A stretch of 59,341 bases of DNA, counting the filler. It is 4 parts of 4 records of this genome, joined end to end, with 100 filler letters (N's around TTAATTAATTAA, not from the genome) between each part and the next. Parts side by side here need not be neighbours in the genome. Positions count along the whole stretch, not along the records: positions 12,772 to 28,511 come from DRR723986_10625; positions 28,612 to 45,156 come from DRR723986_10628; 2 more parts are not named here. The stretch is one strand, 5' to 3'. Both the position numbers and the translations under genes were made by a program. Shown in pieces: positions 19,484-30,257 of this stretch. The notes under the pieces are model-generated. The model searched no databases and was not told where the DNA came from. It was given only the letters and a program-made list of their open reading frames with translations. How positions within the stretch are numbered: position 1 is the stretch's first letter; each line of letters opens with the position of its first letter.

Positions 19484-21358
19484 ATGCTATTGAAATTGTC
19501 CAGCGCCAACGCACTACGCCATTTTGGCCAAGCTCGGTCGGTAGTCATGCTTCTCGCTGTATTCGTTTGCGGCCTAGCTGCGAAGCCGGCAAGTCTAGTC
19601 GCCCAGGATCCTGCCGCTGCAGGCAATCCTGCTGACGCGAGCCAGACGACCGAGGCGGACAAGGCGTTCGAAGCTGCTCAGTCGGCGGAGACTTCCGCAG
19701 GCGAGGACTCAGCCGAATCTGCCTCAGTCGATTCTGCGCAAAGCGCTGGGACGCAGGGCGCTGGGACGCAGAGCGCTGGGACGCAGAGCACTGGAATGAT
19801 GCCGCTGGCCGCCGCAGGGTTGGGCGTGTTTGTTGTCCTAGCACTAATGATCGGCTTGAAAACACATGCTTTCATCGCCCTGATTCTGGGAGCACTTACG
19901 ATTAGTTGCTTCGTCCCGCAGGATGTCGTTGGGTTCGTCAAATCGCCTGAGCCCAAGGTGATCAAAGACGCTGATAAGGCGGCTCCGTCACAGATTGTCA
20001 AAAGAGTTTCGTCGTCGCTTGGTAACGCGGTAAGCGGCATTGGCATCCTAATCGCCATGGCTGCCATCATTGGTAAGTGCATGTTGGTCAGTGGGGCGGC
20101 GGATCGGATTGTCAAATCGACCACTGACTTACTTGGTGAGAAACGTGCCGCACTGGCGATGATGATCAGCGGCTTTATTCTCTCGATACCGGTGTTTTTC
20201 GATACGGTCTTTTACTTGTTGGTACCGCTTGCTCGAAGCCTCTACCGGCGGACCGGAAAGAACTATCTCCTGTACCTGGGGGCGATTGCGGCCGGTGGTG
20301 CCATTACGCACACGCTGGTCCCGCCGACACCTGGACCGTTGCTGGTTGTGGATGCACTAAAGCTCGACGTTGGCCCAGTGATTCTGATTGGTCTGATGAT
20401 TGGCGCACCGTCTGCCGTCGTCGGCCTGTTGGCAGCGAGTTGGCTGAACAAGACGATGCCTATCGAAATGCGTCCGATGGCCGGCGGGGCGAAGGAAGTG
20501 ACTGAATTTGAACGGTTGCCTTCACTGCCGATGGCACTGGCTCCAGTCGTCTTGCCAGTAATCCTGATCACCGTTGCGACGGTCTATAGCACGGTTACCA
20601 AGGAACGGAAGTCGGACACGGCGGCGGCAACTCCGGTGGCCTCTGCGGATGTCGGCTCGGCGGATGTCGACTCGGCTGACGGCAGTGCGGTGCCGGCAGG
20701 CGAACAGGCTGGTGAGCCGGAAAAGAAGAAGGATGTTGTCAAAGGTTGGTTAGACTTGGTCGGGAACCCAAACCTGGCCATGATCATCGCGGCGATTTTT
20801 GCAATCTACCTGTGCTGGAAAGTTCAAGGACACTCGCTGCCGCAGTTGGCTGAAAACATTGAAGATGCCTTGCTGTCCGGCGGTGTCATTATTCTGATCA
20901 CTGCCGCTGGCGGTGCGTTCGGTGCTCTCTTGGCCATGACCGAGATCCAGAATGTTGTTCAGGGATTGTTCTCAAGCGACGCTGGTGAGGCTGGTACGAG
21001 CGGTCTGGCTGTGATCTTCGTCGCCTACGCTCTGGCAGCAATCCTTAAAGTTGCGCAGGGGTCTAGCACGGTGTCCATGATTATCAGCTCGTCACTCGTC
21101 GCTTCGATTGCCCTGCCCTTGATTGCCGCCGACAAGCTTGGTTTCCATGCCGCATACCTTGTACCAGTCATTGGAGCTGGTTCGTTGATGGGCAGTTGGA
21201 TGAACGATTCTGGGTTCTGGGTTTTTGCCAAAATGGGCGTTCTTACCGAGAAAGAAACCCTGCGAAGCTGGACCGTGTTGTTAAGTATTCTGAGCCTTTC
21301 GGGATTCTTGATCACGTTGCTATTGGTGACCGTACTTCCGTTTCCATTCGCACAGTAG
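19484..21358 (+). CDS. GntP-family gluconate/H+ symporter with N-terminal extension
   Basis: SIPVFFD, HTLVPPTPGP, LITAAGGAFG, KVAQGSSTV, SWMNDSGFW; start uncertain. Confidence 0.9.
   Translation: MLLKLSSANALRHFGQARSVVMLLAVFVCGLAAKPASLVAQDPAAAGNPADASQTTEADKAFEAAQSAETSAGEDSAESASVDSAQSAGTQGAGTQSAGTQSTGMMPLAAAGLGVFVVLALMIGLKTHAFIALILGALTISCFVPQDVVGFVKSPEPKVIKDADKAAPSQIVKRVSSSLGNAVSGIGILIAMAAIIGKCMLVSGAADRIVKSTTDLLGEKRAALAMMISGFILSIPVFFDTVFYLLVPLARSLYRRTGKNYLLYLGAIAAGGAITHTLVPPTPGPLLVVDALKLDVGPVILIGLMIGAPSAVVGLLAASWLNKTMPIEMRPMAGGAKEVTEFERLPSLPMALAPVVLPVILITVATVYSTVTKERKSDTAAATPVASADVGSADVDSADGSAVPAGEQAGEPEKKKDVVKGWLDLVGNPNLAMIIAAIFAIYLCWKVQGHSLPQLAENIEDALLSGGVIILITAAGGAFGALLAMTEIQNVVQGLFSSDAGEAGTSGLAVIFVAYALAAILKVAQGSSTVSMIISSSLVASIALPLIAADKLGFHAAYLVPVIGAGSLMGSWMNDSGFWVFAKMGVLTEKETLRSWTVLLSILSLSGFLITLLLVTVLPFPFAQ
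19737..19794 (+). repeat. 15-bp tandem repeat (~3.5 copies) encoding QSAGT/QGAGT
   Basis: GCGCTGGGACGCAG(A/G) repeated in tandem. Confidence 0.85.
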
Positions 21359-21471
21359 TCTGAGCCGGCACTCAGTAGATCATCAGCAATTTGGCGAGAT
21401 CATTGCAAGCAAGTACCAGTGGCGACAACTCGGAGCGATCCGCAACGCAAAGCCCTGAGCAACGTTCGGAA

Positions 21472-22515
21472 ATGCCTGGTCGCACGGGTGCATCCGAAGG
21501 TTCTTCTAGAGCGGCCGGTGGTGGCGATAGCGAGCCTGGTCGGTCGTGGTTTGGTGTCATTTTGCTGGTCTTGTTGGCGGCCTCTAGCGGTCTAGCCTAT
21601 CTGTGGCCGCAGATTGCAGGGACCGCCTTTGATCCGTTTCGACTATCGCCAAACCTGCTTTGGCTGCTCGTCTCGGTGACGATGTTCTGCTTGGGCACAT
21701 CCGTCAACTGGACCGAACTCCGCCAGCTTCGCGAGTCGCCGGTTAACGTCTTCGCGGGGCTTGTTGCGCAGTGTGTCTTCATGCCACTGCTGGCCTGGGC
21801 AATCGCTCGCAGTATGGGCCTGGATGCGGAGCTGTCGGCGGGCATTATTTTAGTTGGTTGCGTCCCCGGTGCGATGGCTTCCAATGTCTTGACAATGACC
21901 GCCCGCGGCAACGTAAGTTATTCGGTTTCGTTGACTACGATTGCAACGCTGGCCTCACCGGTAACCGTCCCAGTTCTATTGTGGTTGCTCGTCGGATCTG
22001 AAGAGGGGGGCAACAATTTTGATCCCGCAAAAACAAGTTACCAATTGCTGTGCTCGGTTGTGTTGCCTGTCGTCGTAGGTTTTGCCGCCAAGGAGCTATC
22101 GGGAGTGATTCGGCGGACGGCGCAACTGCTTGCACCGTCGTTGGCGAGCATTGCGTTACTGTGGATCATCGCTTCGGTCGTTTCTGGCAGTCGCGAGCAG
22201 CTTGGTAGTCTCACGCCCGGGCTGCTAATTGGACTCTTGTGCTTGAATCTGTTCGGCTACGCTGCAGGTTGGGTGATGGGAAAGCTTCGGCGCATGCCTG
22301 TAAACATGAGTCGAGCTCTGATCTTAGAAGTCGGCATGCAGAATGCAGGTGTGGGGACCACACTGGCCGCAACGCTCTACGGCAGCCAGTCTCCTGCGCA
22401 AATCCCAACTGCTGCGTATACTTTCGGATGTATGCTCACAGGCACGATACTGGCTGCCTATTGGTCGAGCCGCGGCGCGTCAGCCAGTCTTCGAAGTGAC
22501 GAACAATTGGACTAA
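21472..22515 (+). CDS. bile acid:sodium symporter (BASS) family protein
   Basis: [31 protein letters not shown]; start uncertain. Confidence 0.92.
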   Translation: MPGRTGASEGSSRAAGGGDSEPGRSWFGVILLVLLAASSGLAYLWPQIAGTAFDPFRLSPNLLWLLVSVTMFCLGTSVNWTELRQLRESPVNVFAGLVAQCVFMPLLAWAIARSMGLDAELSAGIILVGCVPGAMASNVLTMTARGNVSYSVSLTTIATLASPVTVPVLLWLLVGSEEGGNNFDPAKTSYQLLCSVVLPVVVGFAAKELSGVIRRTAQLLAPSLASIALLWIIASVVSGSREQLGSLTPGLLIGLLCLNLFGYAAGWVMGKLRRMPVNMSRALILEVGMQNAGVGTTLAATLYGSQSPAQIPTAAYTFGCMLTGTILAAYWSSRGASASLRSDEQLD

Positions 22516-22555
22516 TTATTCTGCGGGCAACACGGTTTCCGAAACAATCGAACAG

Positions 22556-23179
22556 ATGGCAAAGCTGTACTTCTATTACTCTTCGATGAACGCGGGCAAG
22601 TCCACGGTCCTGCTTCAGTCCAGCTATAACTATATCGAACGTGGTATGCGGACCATGATTTTGGCTCCCGAGATTGACACGCGGTTTGGAAAGGGCAAGG
22701 TTACGTCGCGAATCGGAATCGCCTCCGATGCTGTTACGTTTTCAACGGCGGACAATATTCTTTCCATCGTTCGCGAAGAATACAGTCGTGGCGCGCTGCA
22801 CTGCGTACTCGTGGATGAAGCCCAGTTTTTGAGCAAGAATCAAGTCCGTCAATTGAGTGATGTTTGCGATCAACTGGATGTTCCGGTAATGGCCTATGGG
22901 CTACGCACCGACTTCCAAGGCAATCTATTCGAGGGTAGCCAGCATCTCTTGGCCTGGGCTGATTCGCTTTGCGAGATCAAGACGATTTGCCATTGCGGCC
23001 GCAAGGCGACGATGGTGCTTCGGATTGATTCCAGCGGGCAAGCCATCAAGGATGGTCAGCAAGTTCAGATCGGTGGCAACGATCGTTACATGTCCGTGTG
23101 TCGAAAGCACTTCAAGCAAGGCATGGCTGTCCGCCGAAACGACGAATTGCCATTGCTCGATGCCCTAGACGAAGACTAG
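22556..23179 (+). CDS. tdk: thymidine kinase
   Basis: [43 protein letters not shown]. Confidence 0.97.
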   Translation: MAKLYFYYSSMNAGKSTVLLQSSYNYIERGMRTMILAPEIDTRFGKGKVTSRIGIASDAVTFSTADNILSIVREEYSRGALHCVLVDEAQFLSKNQVRQLSDVCDQLDVPVMAYGLRTDFQGNLFEGSQHLLAWADSLCEIKTICHCGRKATMVLRIDSSGQAIKDGQQVQIGGNDRYMSVCRKHFKQGMAVRRNDELPLLDALDED

Positions 23180-23403
23180 CGGCGTAGGGTTCGTCAGTGC
23201 CTTGATCAGGCCTCGCCCCCTCAGTGCCGGCAGCATCAAAGCGATAGACGCCCAAGCACTAGACAGTCTGTGCAGCGTTCCGTTGTTTGGCTTTGCAAAA
23301 AAAGTTTGCTTGCCGGGATGCAAAACGCTATGCTCAGGATCTCTTAAATGAGGCGAGAGTGAAGTACGCTGCCGATGTAGTCAGTTGCACCCTGGGGGCT
23401 GAA

Positions 23404-24126
23404 ATGATCCGTCAAGCGCTGATTCCAATCCTTGTTGTTGCCGCGGCAATTGCAGGGTACCAACTCCGGCCGCCGTCCGGCAGTGATTCGTCAAACGATT
23501 CTGAGGGCACTAGCACGCAGGTTGTCGATCTCGCCTTGGATCATGCCCAGCAGCCAAGCCGCGCCGAGCCCGAAGTAGCAGTTGCTGGTGGGATGGTTGC
23601 TCCAGCGGAACTGGGAGTCGCGGCGGGCAAGAAAAGCGGCGAAGCGGAGCCAAGCGAATCAAGCTGGAGAGCTACAAGTCACCCGCATGGCGAACAGATT
23701 TGTGCTTCGGGATGTGCCTTGAGCCGCCATCCGACTCCGGAACTCACCGACGCGCACTTTCGCGACTTGGTACTAGCCTATTCGCAGCAGCAAGACGCTG
23801 CGGCTGTCTCTGACTCACTCGACGCATTGATCTTCTTTGGTGCACAAACGAACGCAAAGCTGCGTCAGTCGATCCATTCTGACGTAGTTGCCGAGCTGCC
23901 TGCTGGTCACGCTGAGCATCTTGCGCGCGAGAACGCACGCACTCACCTGGTCGTGGAGATTCGTGTCCTCGACGACGCAGGGGACGTACGAGTCGCCTTG
24001 CCGCCGACGCGCGTGCCGCAGCATATTCGCCAGGAGTTTGCGATGAGCGTCACGCAGATGCAGCCTACCGTTACCAGTGGTACCGTAAAACGCGTGGGGC
24101 AGAAGCACTGCTGGCAGCGATTGTGA
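23404..24126 (+). CDS. hypothetical exported protein
   Basis: N-terminal hydrophobic anchor, low-complexity linker, HPHGEQICASGC...HP motif. Confidence 0.7.
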   Translation: MIRQALIPILVVAAAIAGYQLRPPSGSDSSNDSEGTSTQVVDLALDHAQQPSRAEPEVAVAGGMVAPAELGVAAGKKSGEAEPSESSWRATSHPHGEQICASGCALSRHPTPELTDAHFRDLVLAYSQQQDAAAVSDSLDALIFFGAQTNAKLRQSIHSDVVAELPAGHAEHLARENARTHLVVEIRVLDDAGDVRVALPPTRVPQHIRQEFAMSVTQMQPTVTSGTVKRVGQKHCWQRL

Positions 24127-24306
24127 CTGGAGGGACGGCACACTGTTGCCGGGCCGTGGTTCGCGGTCCACGAAATCGGTGGAAGATGGAAAAGCCTGGG
24201 GCAGTTTTGGCTGAGCGACGGCGAGAATTCTTGTCGCGCAACCATCGAATCGCGTGTCTCTTTTGATGACGAATAAACCCTACGAAGTCGACGTACCGAG
24301 GATGCT

Positions 24307-27300
24307 ATGAAGAAACTTAAGCACCGGATCGCACCCTGTGTGGTATTCAAGACATGCCGCGCGTTCGCGGCCACTCTTCTGGCTTTTTGGATGACCGTCG
24401 GAATTGCCTTTGCGGATCCCTGCGGCATGGTTCCGCCGGCCAGCCTACCTGCTGGGAAGCAAGGCATTGTTCGTACCGGTCGGCAGTTGACATACGCAAT
24501 GTACCGCGATGGCATTGAGTCGCTTGTCATACATCCCGGATTCGTCGGTGATGTGGCCCAGTTCGGAATGTTGATTCCCTTTCCGACTCCACCGGCGATT
24601 CGCAAGGTCCCGGATAACACATTCGAACAATTGAAAGCGTTGATCGATCCGCCCGAGGTGATCGTCGACCTGCGTCGAAATAAGGGCTATGGAGGCGGAA
24701 TATACGGTGGCGGCTATGGAGGAGGAATGGGTGGCGGCATGGGAGGAATGGGGGGACCTTCCATGCGGTTGCAACGTGACGAAACGCGCGTCATAAGCGA
24801 AGAGGCGGTTGGGATGTATGATGTCGCCGTTCTTGAAGCAGGCAGTAGCGAAGCTCTCAAGAAGTGGATGGACGAGAATAACTTCCGCTATCCAGTCGGC
24901 ATGGATTCTGTCTGTGAAGATTACATTGCGGATTCCTGGTGCTTCGTTGCGGTACGCGCCAGAGTTGGCCACAAGACGCTGGTCGATCCCAAGCCCGGGC
25001 AGACCAACGTCGACGCCACGTTGCAAGATAGCACGCGTTTCGAAGGCCACGTGCAGGCAATGGGATTTCGATTTCGCAGCCAGGAGTTCACGATCCCGAT
25101 GCGGCTTTCAACGTTCAACGAAGGTGACTTGAACAACACCGTTTACGCAATCACGGATTCTCCAGTCGCGATCCGCAACCTCCCGAAGAGTTTTGTGCGA
25201 CGCCAGGTTGCCGGCAGAAAGTTGCTAGAGAACACAACTCGTGACTTGCCGCTTCGGATTTACGGAGGTGATGTGAGTGGAATCTCGGAGATTCAAAAAG
25301 CTGTGCTCAAAGGTCAACGCCTGCCAACGGAAAAGATTGCGTCGGCCAAACAGCTTCTTGAGACCGACCTTTTCTGCCTGACTAACAAGAGGTTGTCGAT
25401 TCGACATGAGGAAATATCCAAGGAGCTTCTTAACATTAGTCACCGCCTGGGATTGAAAGGTGAAGCAATTGACAAACTGCATGAACAGGCGGCTCGGCAG
25501 TACGAGCACGGCGCGTCAGACTCGATCGATCTGCTAGAGGGAATGCACCTGAGTATTATTGAGGGGGAATTCCCGGCTAACGTCCTTGCCAGCGAGAACC
25601 TGACATTTGAGAAACACAGTATGCCATCGGGGCAAAATAACTCCGCCCGCTACAACGCCCGCCTGCACGACCAGCACTCGCCCAAGGGTGTCTTGCATGA
25701 AGGAACGCTGACGATGCTACTAACTGGGCAGCCAGTATACGCTAGTGCAGAATCGTCTCAGCAAAGCGACGCATCGGTTCCTGCTTTTGCAGGCGTCAAT
25801 AATAATTCGGTGAACAAAGTTGCTTCCCAGAGAATTCTTTTGAGCCTACTGTGCGGAGGAATTGCGGCTGGAGCAATATTGCGCAAACGACAGGCTGGTT
25901 TCGTCGCAGCGCTGCTGTTGGCTTTCGTGTATTCAACATCATCTGGCAGGGCCGATGACGCCAACGATGGGAAAGTGCTGCGCACGATCGATACTGCGAA
26001 GTTGATTGCGATGCTCAACGAGCCACAGCAGTCTGAGCGAGCCGCGGCGGAGCTCGTCCGGCGGGGGCGCAAGAGCGCAGCGAGCCTGAACAAGGCGATT
26101 CTCGAGGGGAGCATGATTCAGAAAGGGTGGTCGGTCATCTGCCTCAAGGAGATTGGCGGTGAAACCGCTAAACACCACCTCACGATGTTGGCCGCTGTCG
26201 AGGATGAACCGCTCGTCTCGAACTGGATCACGGCCGCCAGATATTCGCTGGCTGCCAACGCGCGAGAACTCTTCGAACTTGCCGAAGACGCGGACCTGAG
26301 TTCGACTCGTAGTGTTTTCGAAGAACAGTTCCGCCGACTAATCGCTCGGGACAGTCGTAGGCCGCCAACGGCAGCGATCCTTGCGGCACTTCAAAGATAT
26401 CCCGATTACCAACAGTTGCTTGCAGCGATGCTAACGAGTGAGCCGCTTGAAGACCTGGTGGATATCATGCTCACCGGCTCTAACGATGCATTGCGCCGAA
26501 ATGCAGCTAGCTACGCGGCAGCGATCGGCAAAGAGCGACGTGATGAACTTGTCGCGTTGATGCACGCCAGGCTCGAATTCAAAGACGGCGATCGTGCACC
26601 TTGGCACGGTGGTGCACTGTTCCTGCCAAGGATCGAATGGACAGGTGACACCGCGGCGCGAATCTACTTCGACATTGCACAATGGAGTTATCGGTTCCGC
26701 GAGAATCCTCTTGTAGTCCGCCAGGCCGGCACCGCACTGCGAGACTTAAACGGCAGTGGAAAGGTGATCGATCTCAGTCTGTCGCCGACCGGGGCAGGAC
26801 AAAACTTCGGTGCAACGGGTGCAGGGACTCGACCGATTGAGGCCTTGCGTGTTGCTGAGCAGTTTAGTTTGCAGGAGAGCATTCGCTTCGCTCGCCTGAC
26901 GGGGCTTTCGATCGACCCTGCCTTGTCAGAGGCTGTTGTTGCTGGCAGTGAGCACGCATATGCTAAAAACTCGCGCGGCAGTGTGGCGCTCTGTTGGAGT
27001 ATTGGGGCGAGTGAATCGGGAGAAAACGCCAGTGTGGCGAGCTGGGGCGGCGACTCGTTGGTCGTCGAAGAAAAAGACCCCAAGGGCGTCACGTTGCTTT
27101 CTGACGCAGTCGCTATGCGGCAACTTGCGTCGTTTGGAAAGTACTCTGATCTTATCGTTCGGATCAACGCACCAGACGGCACCTACTCAAGTGACCCTTT
27201 GATTGAGTACGGTTACCAGGATTCGAGCATGCTGGACGGAATCGCCGTTGAGCCAGGGTATTGGGTCTATCTTTATCCAACCTGGTACGTCTGGCGTGAG

Positions 27301-27348
27301 AACTCTGGGCGGGCGGCGGCTGGATCATCACCTGGTGGAATGTTTTAG
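24307..27348 (+). CDS. DUF2330-domain protein fused to HEAT-like repeats
   Basis: Signal peptide AFA-DPCGMV; FGMLIPFPTPP, VGMYDVAVL, LKKWMDENNF, IPMRLS (DUF2330-like); internal TM pair; helical repeats. Confidence 0.75.
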   Translation: MKKLKHRIAPCVVFKTCRAFAATLLAFWMTVGIAFADPCGMVPPASLPAGKQGIVRTGRQLTYAMYRDGIESLVIHPGFVGDVAQFGMLIPFPTPPAIRKVPDNTFEQLKALIDPPEVIVDLRRNKGYGGGIYGGGYGGGMGGGMGGMGGPSMRLQRDETRVISEEAVGMYDVAVLEAGSSEALKKWMDENNFRYPVGMDSVCEDYIADSWCFVAVRARVGHKTLVDPKPGQTNVDATLQDSTRFEGHVQAMGFRFRSQEFTIPMRLSTFNEGDLNNTVYAITDSPVAIRNLPKSFVRRQVAGRKLLENTTRDLPLRIYGGDVSGISEIQKAVLKGQRLPTEKIASAKQLLETDLFCLTNKRLSIRHEEISKELLNISHRLGLKGEAIDKLHEQAARQYEHGASDSIDLLEGMHLSIIEGEFPANVLASENLTFEKHSMPSGQNNSARYNARLHDQHSPKGVLHEGTLTMLLTGQPVYASAESSQQSDASVPAFAGVNNNSVNKVASQRILLSLLCGGIAAGAILRKRQAGFVAALLLAFVYSTSSGRADDANDGKVLRTIDTAKLIAMLNEPQQSERAAAELVRRGRKSAASLNKAILEGSMIQKGWSVICLKEIGGETAKHHLTMLAAVEDEPLVSNWITAARYSLAANARELFELAEDADLSSTRSVFEEQFRRLIARDSRRPPTAAILAALQRYPDYQQLLAAMLTSEPLEDLVDIMLTGSNDALRRNAASYAAAIGKERRDELVALMHARLEFKDGDRAPWHGGALFLPRIEWTGDTAARIYFDIAQWSYRFRENPLVVRQAGTALRDLNGSGKVIDLSLSPTGAGQNFGATGAGTRPIEALRVAEQFSLQESIRFARLTGLSIDPALSEAVVAGSEHAYAKNSRGSVALCWSIGASESGENASVASWGGDSLVVEEKDPKGVTLLSDAVAMRQLASFGKYSDLIVRINAPDGTYSSDPLIEYGYQDSSMLDGIAVEPGYWVYLYPTWYVWRENSGRAAAGSSPGGMF

Positions 27349-27489
27349 TCGCCGGCTTATGACCAACCTGAAGACGAGAGGTCGCGGGGACCGATACTGA
27401 GTGAAGATGTGTCGGATTTGGGGGTTGTGCGACTTACGCTGCCCCAATGCTAGCTAATCGCGGTGGAAGTCGTCGTAAAGAGGTGTGTC

Positions 27490-28437
27490 ATGGGTCGATC
27501 GCAGTCGGTCGTTCGCTATGTCGACATGTGGGCCATGCCTGGAGTCCACCCGAGCAATATCCAATTCCTGCAGCAGCTCAAGACGGCAGATACAAATCAC
27601 TTCACTACGCACATGGACTGCGTCGGGAAAGTATCTAGCTACGACGGGGAGACCGGTTCGTGGAAGCGGACGCACCTGATCGGCATCCGCACCGACGTGT
27701 GGAAGCCCAGCGGCAAGGAGCTCAAAGGGGCGCTCAACTCGCTGAAAGAATCCAGGCGAAACACCCTGAAACGCGGCATCAAACGTTCTGGCCGCCTCTC
27801 CGTCAAGCAGCGTGAGGAGCTAGACGAGAAGCTGGCCAATGACGAAATCATGCAACTGGGCAAAGGCGATTTGGTTTCCCGGCGACTGATCCTAAAGCTC
27901 TTTCGAACAACGAGCAGTCGAACGCGGTGGGTCGGCACTATCGAACAGATGACGACCAGCGAAGTCCACAACTCGATGGGGTCCAAACGTCCACTTATCT
28001 CCCTCGCGGGGTTGCTGCCGAGAACGCAAATGGTCACCCATCTGCAGCAGAACCACCGGACTCTCCGGATTCCACCCATCTTTAGCGGCTGTTTTGAAGA
28101 TGAAGGCAGGCTCTGGAATCTGATGTTAAAGAAACGGTGGGTGGCCTTCGGCGCTCACTACGATTTGTTTGCGGATGGACGATCCATCGGAGAGATTGAC
28201 AGCAAACTTGTTAGCTTCGGCTCCGACTGTACGCTGCGGCTGAAGCAGCATGATCTGTCGGCCGACACGCCGTTTGTCAATCTGATGACGCTCTTCGCTG
28301 CATCACTGGGGTATCACAAAGCGATGCACCGCAGCGTCAAGAGCCGAGTGAAATCGACGCTGGCAGGTGAGTCGTATCGCAATATCGTTGAAGACGAAGA
28401 ATTGCGTCTGCGTCACAACGGGCGTTCTGCTGCCTAG
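27490..28437 (+). CDS. hypothetical protein, possible LURP-one/tubby-like fold
   Basis: Long ORF with GAGG SD; KKRWVAFGAHYDL...IGEIDSKLVSFG beta pattern plus C-terminal helix. Confidence 0.6.
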   Translation: MGRSQSVVRYVDMWAMPGVHPSNIQFLQQLKTADTNHFTTHMDCVGKVSSYDGETGSWKRTHLIGIRTDVWKPSGKELKGALNSLKESRRNTLKRGIKRSGRLSVKQREELDEKLANDEIMQLGKGDLVSRRLILKLFRTTSSRTRWVGTIEQMTTSEVHNSMGSKRPLISLAGLLPRTQMVTHLQQNHRTLRIPPIFSGCFEDEGRLWNLMLKKRWVAFGAHYDLFADGRSIGEIDSKLVSFGSDCTLRLKQHDLSADTPFVNLMTLFAASLGYHKAMHRSVKSRVKSTLAGESYRNIVEDEELRLRHNGRSAA

Positions 28438-28511
28438 CATAGCGGCTGACGGATTCCCGCGTGGTGGCCGCTACTTGATTGTGCTCAGAAGCATTGATCG
28501 AGCTCAGCAGC

Positions 28512-28611
28512 NNNNNNNNNNNNNNNNNNNNNNNNNNNNNNNNNNNNNNNNNNNNTTAATTAATTAANNNNNNNNNNNNNNNNNNNNNNNNNNNNNNNNN
28601 NNNNNNNNNNN
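28512..28611. other. artificial contig spacer
   Basis: Same 100-nt N/TTAATTAATTAA linker. Confidence 0.99.
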
Positions 28612-29569
28612 ACGCGACGAGCTGAACCATACCGGCGCGCACAAGATCAATAATTGCCTCGGCCAGGTGCTGCTCGCCCGGCGCATGGGCAAGACGCGCA
28701 TCATCGCGGAGACGGGCGCTGGCCAGCACGGCGTGGCGACGGCGACGATCTGCGCGCGCTTTGGCCTCGAATGCGTCGTCTTCATGGGCGAAACCGATGT
28801 CGAGCGACAGAAGCCGAACGTCTTCCGCATGCGCCTGCTCGGCGCCAAGATCGTGCCGGTCTCGTCCGGCACGGGCACGCTGAAGGATGCGATGAACGAG
28901 GCGCTGCGCGACTGGGTCACCAATGTCGACAACACATTCTACTGCATCGGTACGGTGGCCGGGCCTCATCCGTACCCGGAACTGGTGCGCGACTTCCAGT
29001 CGATCATTGGCAAGGAAGCCCGCGAACAGATCCTTGATCGGGAAGGGCGCCTTCCGGATGTCATAATGGCCTGTATCGGGGGCGGCTCCAACGCCATCGG
29101 CCTGTTTCATCCGTTCCTCGAGGACGAAAGCGTCCGCATGATCGGCGTCGAGGCCGCTGGCCACGGCATCGAGACGGGCGAGCATGCGGCAGCCCTCAAT
29201 GGTGGACGTCCGGGCATCCTGCACGGCAACCGCACCTACCTGCTGCAGACCGATGACGGCCAGATCCTCGACGCGCACTCGATCTCTGCGGGGCTCGACT
29301 ATCCGGGCATCGGGCCGGAGCATGCCTTCCTGCGCGACAGCGGCCGGGCCGAATATCTCTCGACGACAGACAAGGAAGCGCTGGACGCTTTCCAGCTCTG
29401 CACCAAACTTGAAGGCATCATCCCGGCGCTTGAGCCATCCCATGCACTCGCCCGTGTTGGCGAAGTGGCGCAGGAGCTGGGCAAAGATGGCCTGATCATC
29501 CTCAATATGTGCGGCCGCGGCGACAAGGATGTCTTCTCCGTCGCCAAGCATCTCGGAGTAGACATGTGA
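28612..29569 (+). CDS. trpB: tryptophan synthase beta chain (5' truncated)
   Basis: [53 protein letters not shown]. Confidence 0.97.
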
Positions 29570-29940
29570 GGCGGGTCCTGTCCCTCATCCTTCTGCCCGG
29601 GCTGGCCGCGTGCGTGCCGACGACCAAGTACAATTACGTCCCGCTGACGGAGCAGAATTTTGTGGCCGCGCAGAATGGCGAACGAATCCCGCTGGTTGCA
29701 GCAGAGACGGCGCTTTGCTTTACGGATGGGCATACCGCTTTCGTGCGCGACGCCGAATGGACCGAGACCGGCATTTGCGGCCAGGAACATGCGCCGGTCG
29801 GCGACGATGACGGCATGGAATGCTATGGCTGGGATCAGGTTGCCGGTGTCGGCATTCCATATGAGGGCCGGTCCATGTCCGTCGTGCCAATGGCCGCTGT
29901 GCAGATAGGCGAATGCGACCCGGGGGCGCTTGCAGAATGA
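29566..29940 (+). CDS. hypothetical lipoprotein
   Basis: GTG overlapping the trpB stop; [16 protein letters not shown] lipobox; four further Cys. Confidence 0.75.
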   Translation: MRRVLSLILLPGLAACVPTTKYNYVPLTEQNFVAAQNGERIPLVAAETALCFTDGHTAFVRDAEWTETGICGQEHAPVGDDDGMECYGWDQVAGVGIPYEGRSMSVVPMAAVQIGECDPGALAE

Positions 29941-30257
29941 CCGATCTTCTTCTCATCCGTATCACTTGCCCGTCGCAGCGTGTGGCCGAAGACATTGGCG
30001 ATGCCGCGGTTGAGCATAAGCTGGCAGCCTGCGCCAATCTGGAAGGCCCGGTCTCGTCCACCTATCGCTGGAAAGGCGTGGTGGAGCAGGCCTTCGAATA
30101 CATTCTCTGGCTCAAGGCGCCTAAGGCGAACTGGGACCGGATCGAGGCGCTTGTCCTCACCCATCACCCTTATGACGTCCCGGCCATGGTGGCGCTGCCT
30201 TGCCTCGAGGCACACGAGCCTTATGCGGCCTGGGTCCACGAAAACACGGAAAGCTGA
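29937..30257 (+). CDS. cutA: divalent-cation tolerance protein CutA
   Basis: KLAACAN, STYRWKG, HPYDVP. Confidence 0.92.
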   Translation: MTDLLLIRITCPSQRVAEDIGDAAVEHKLAACANLEGPVSSTYRWKGVVEQAFEYILWLKAPKANWDRIEALVLTHHPYDVPAMVALPCLEAHEPYAAWVHENTES

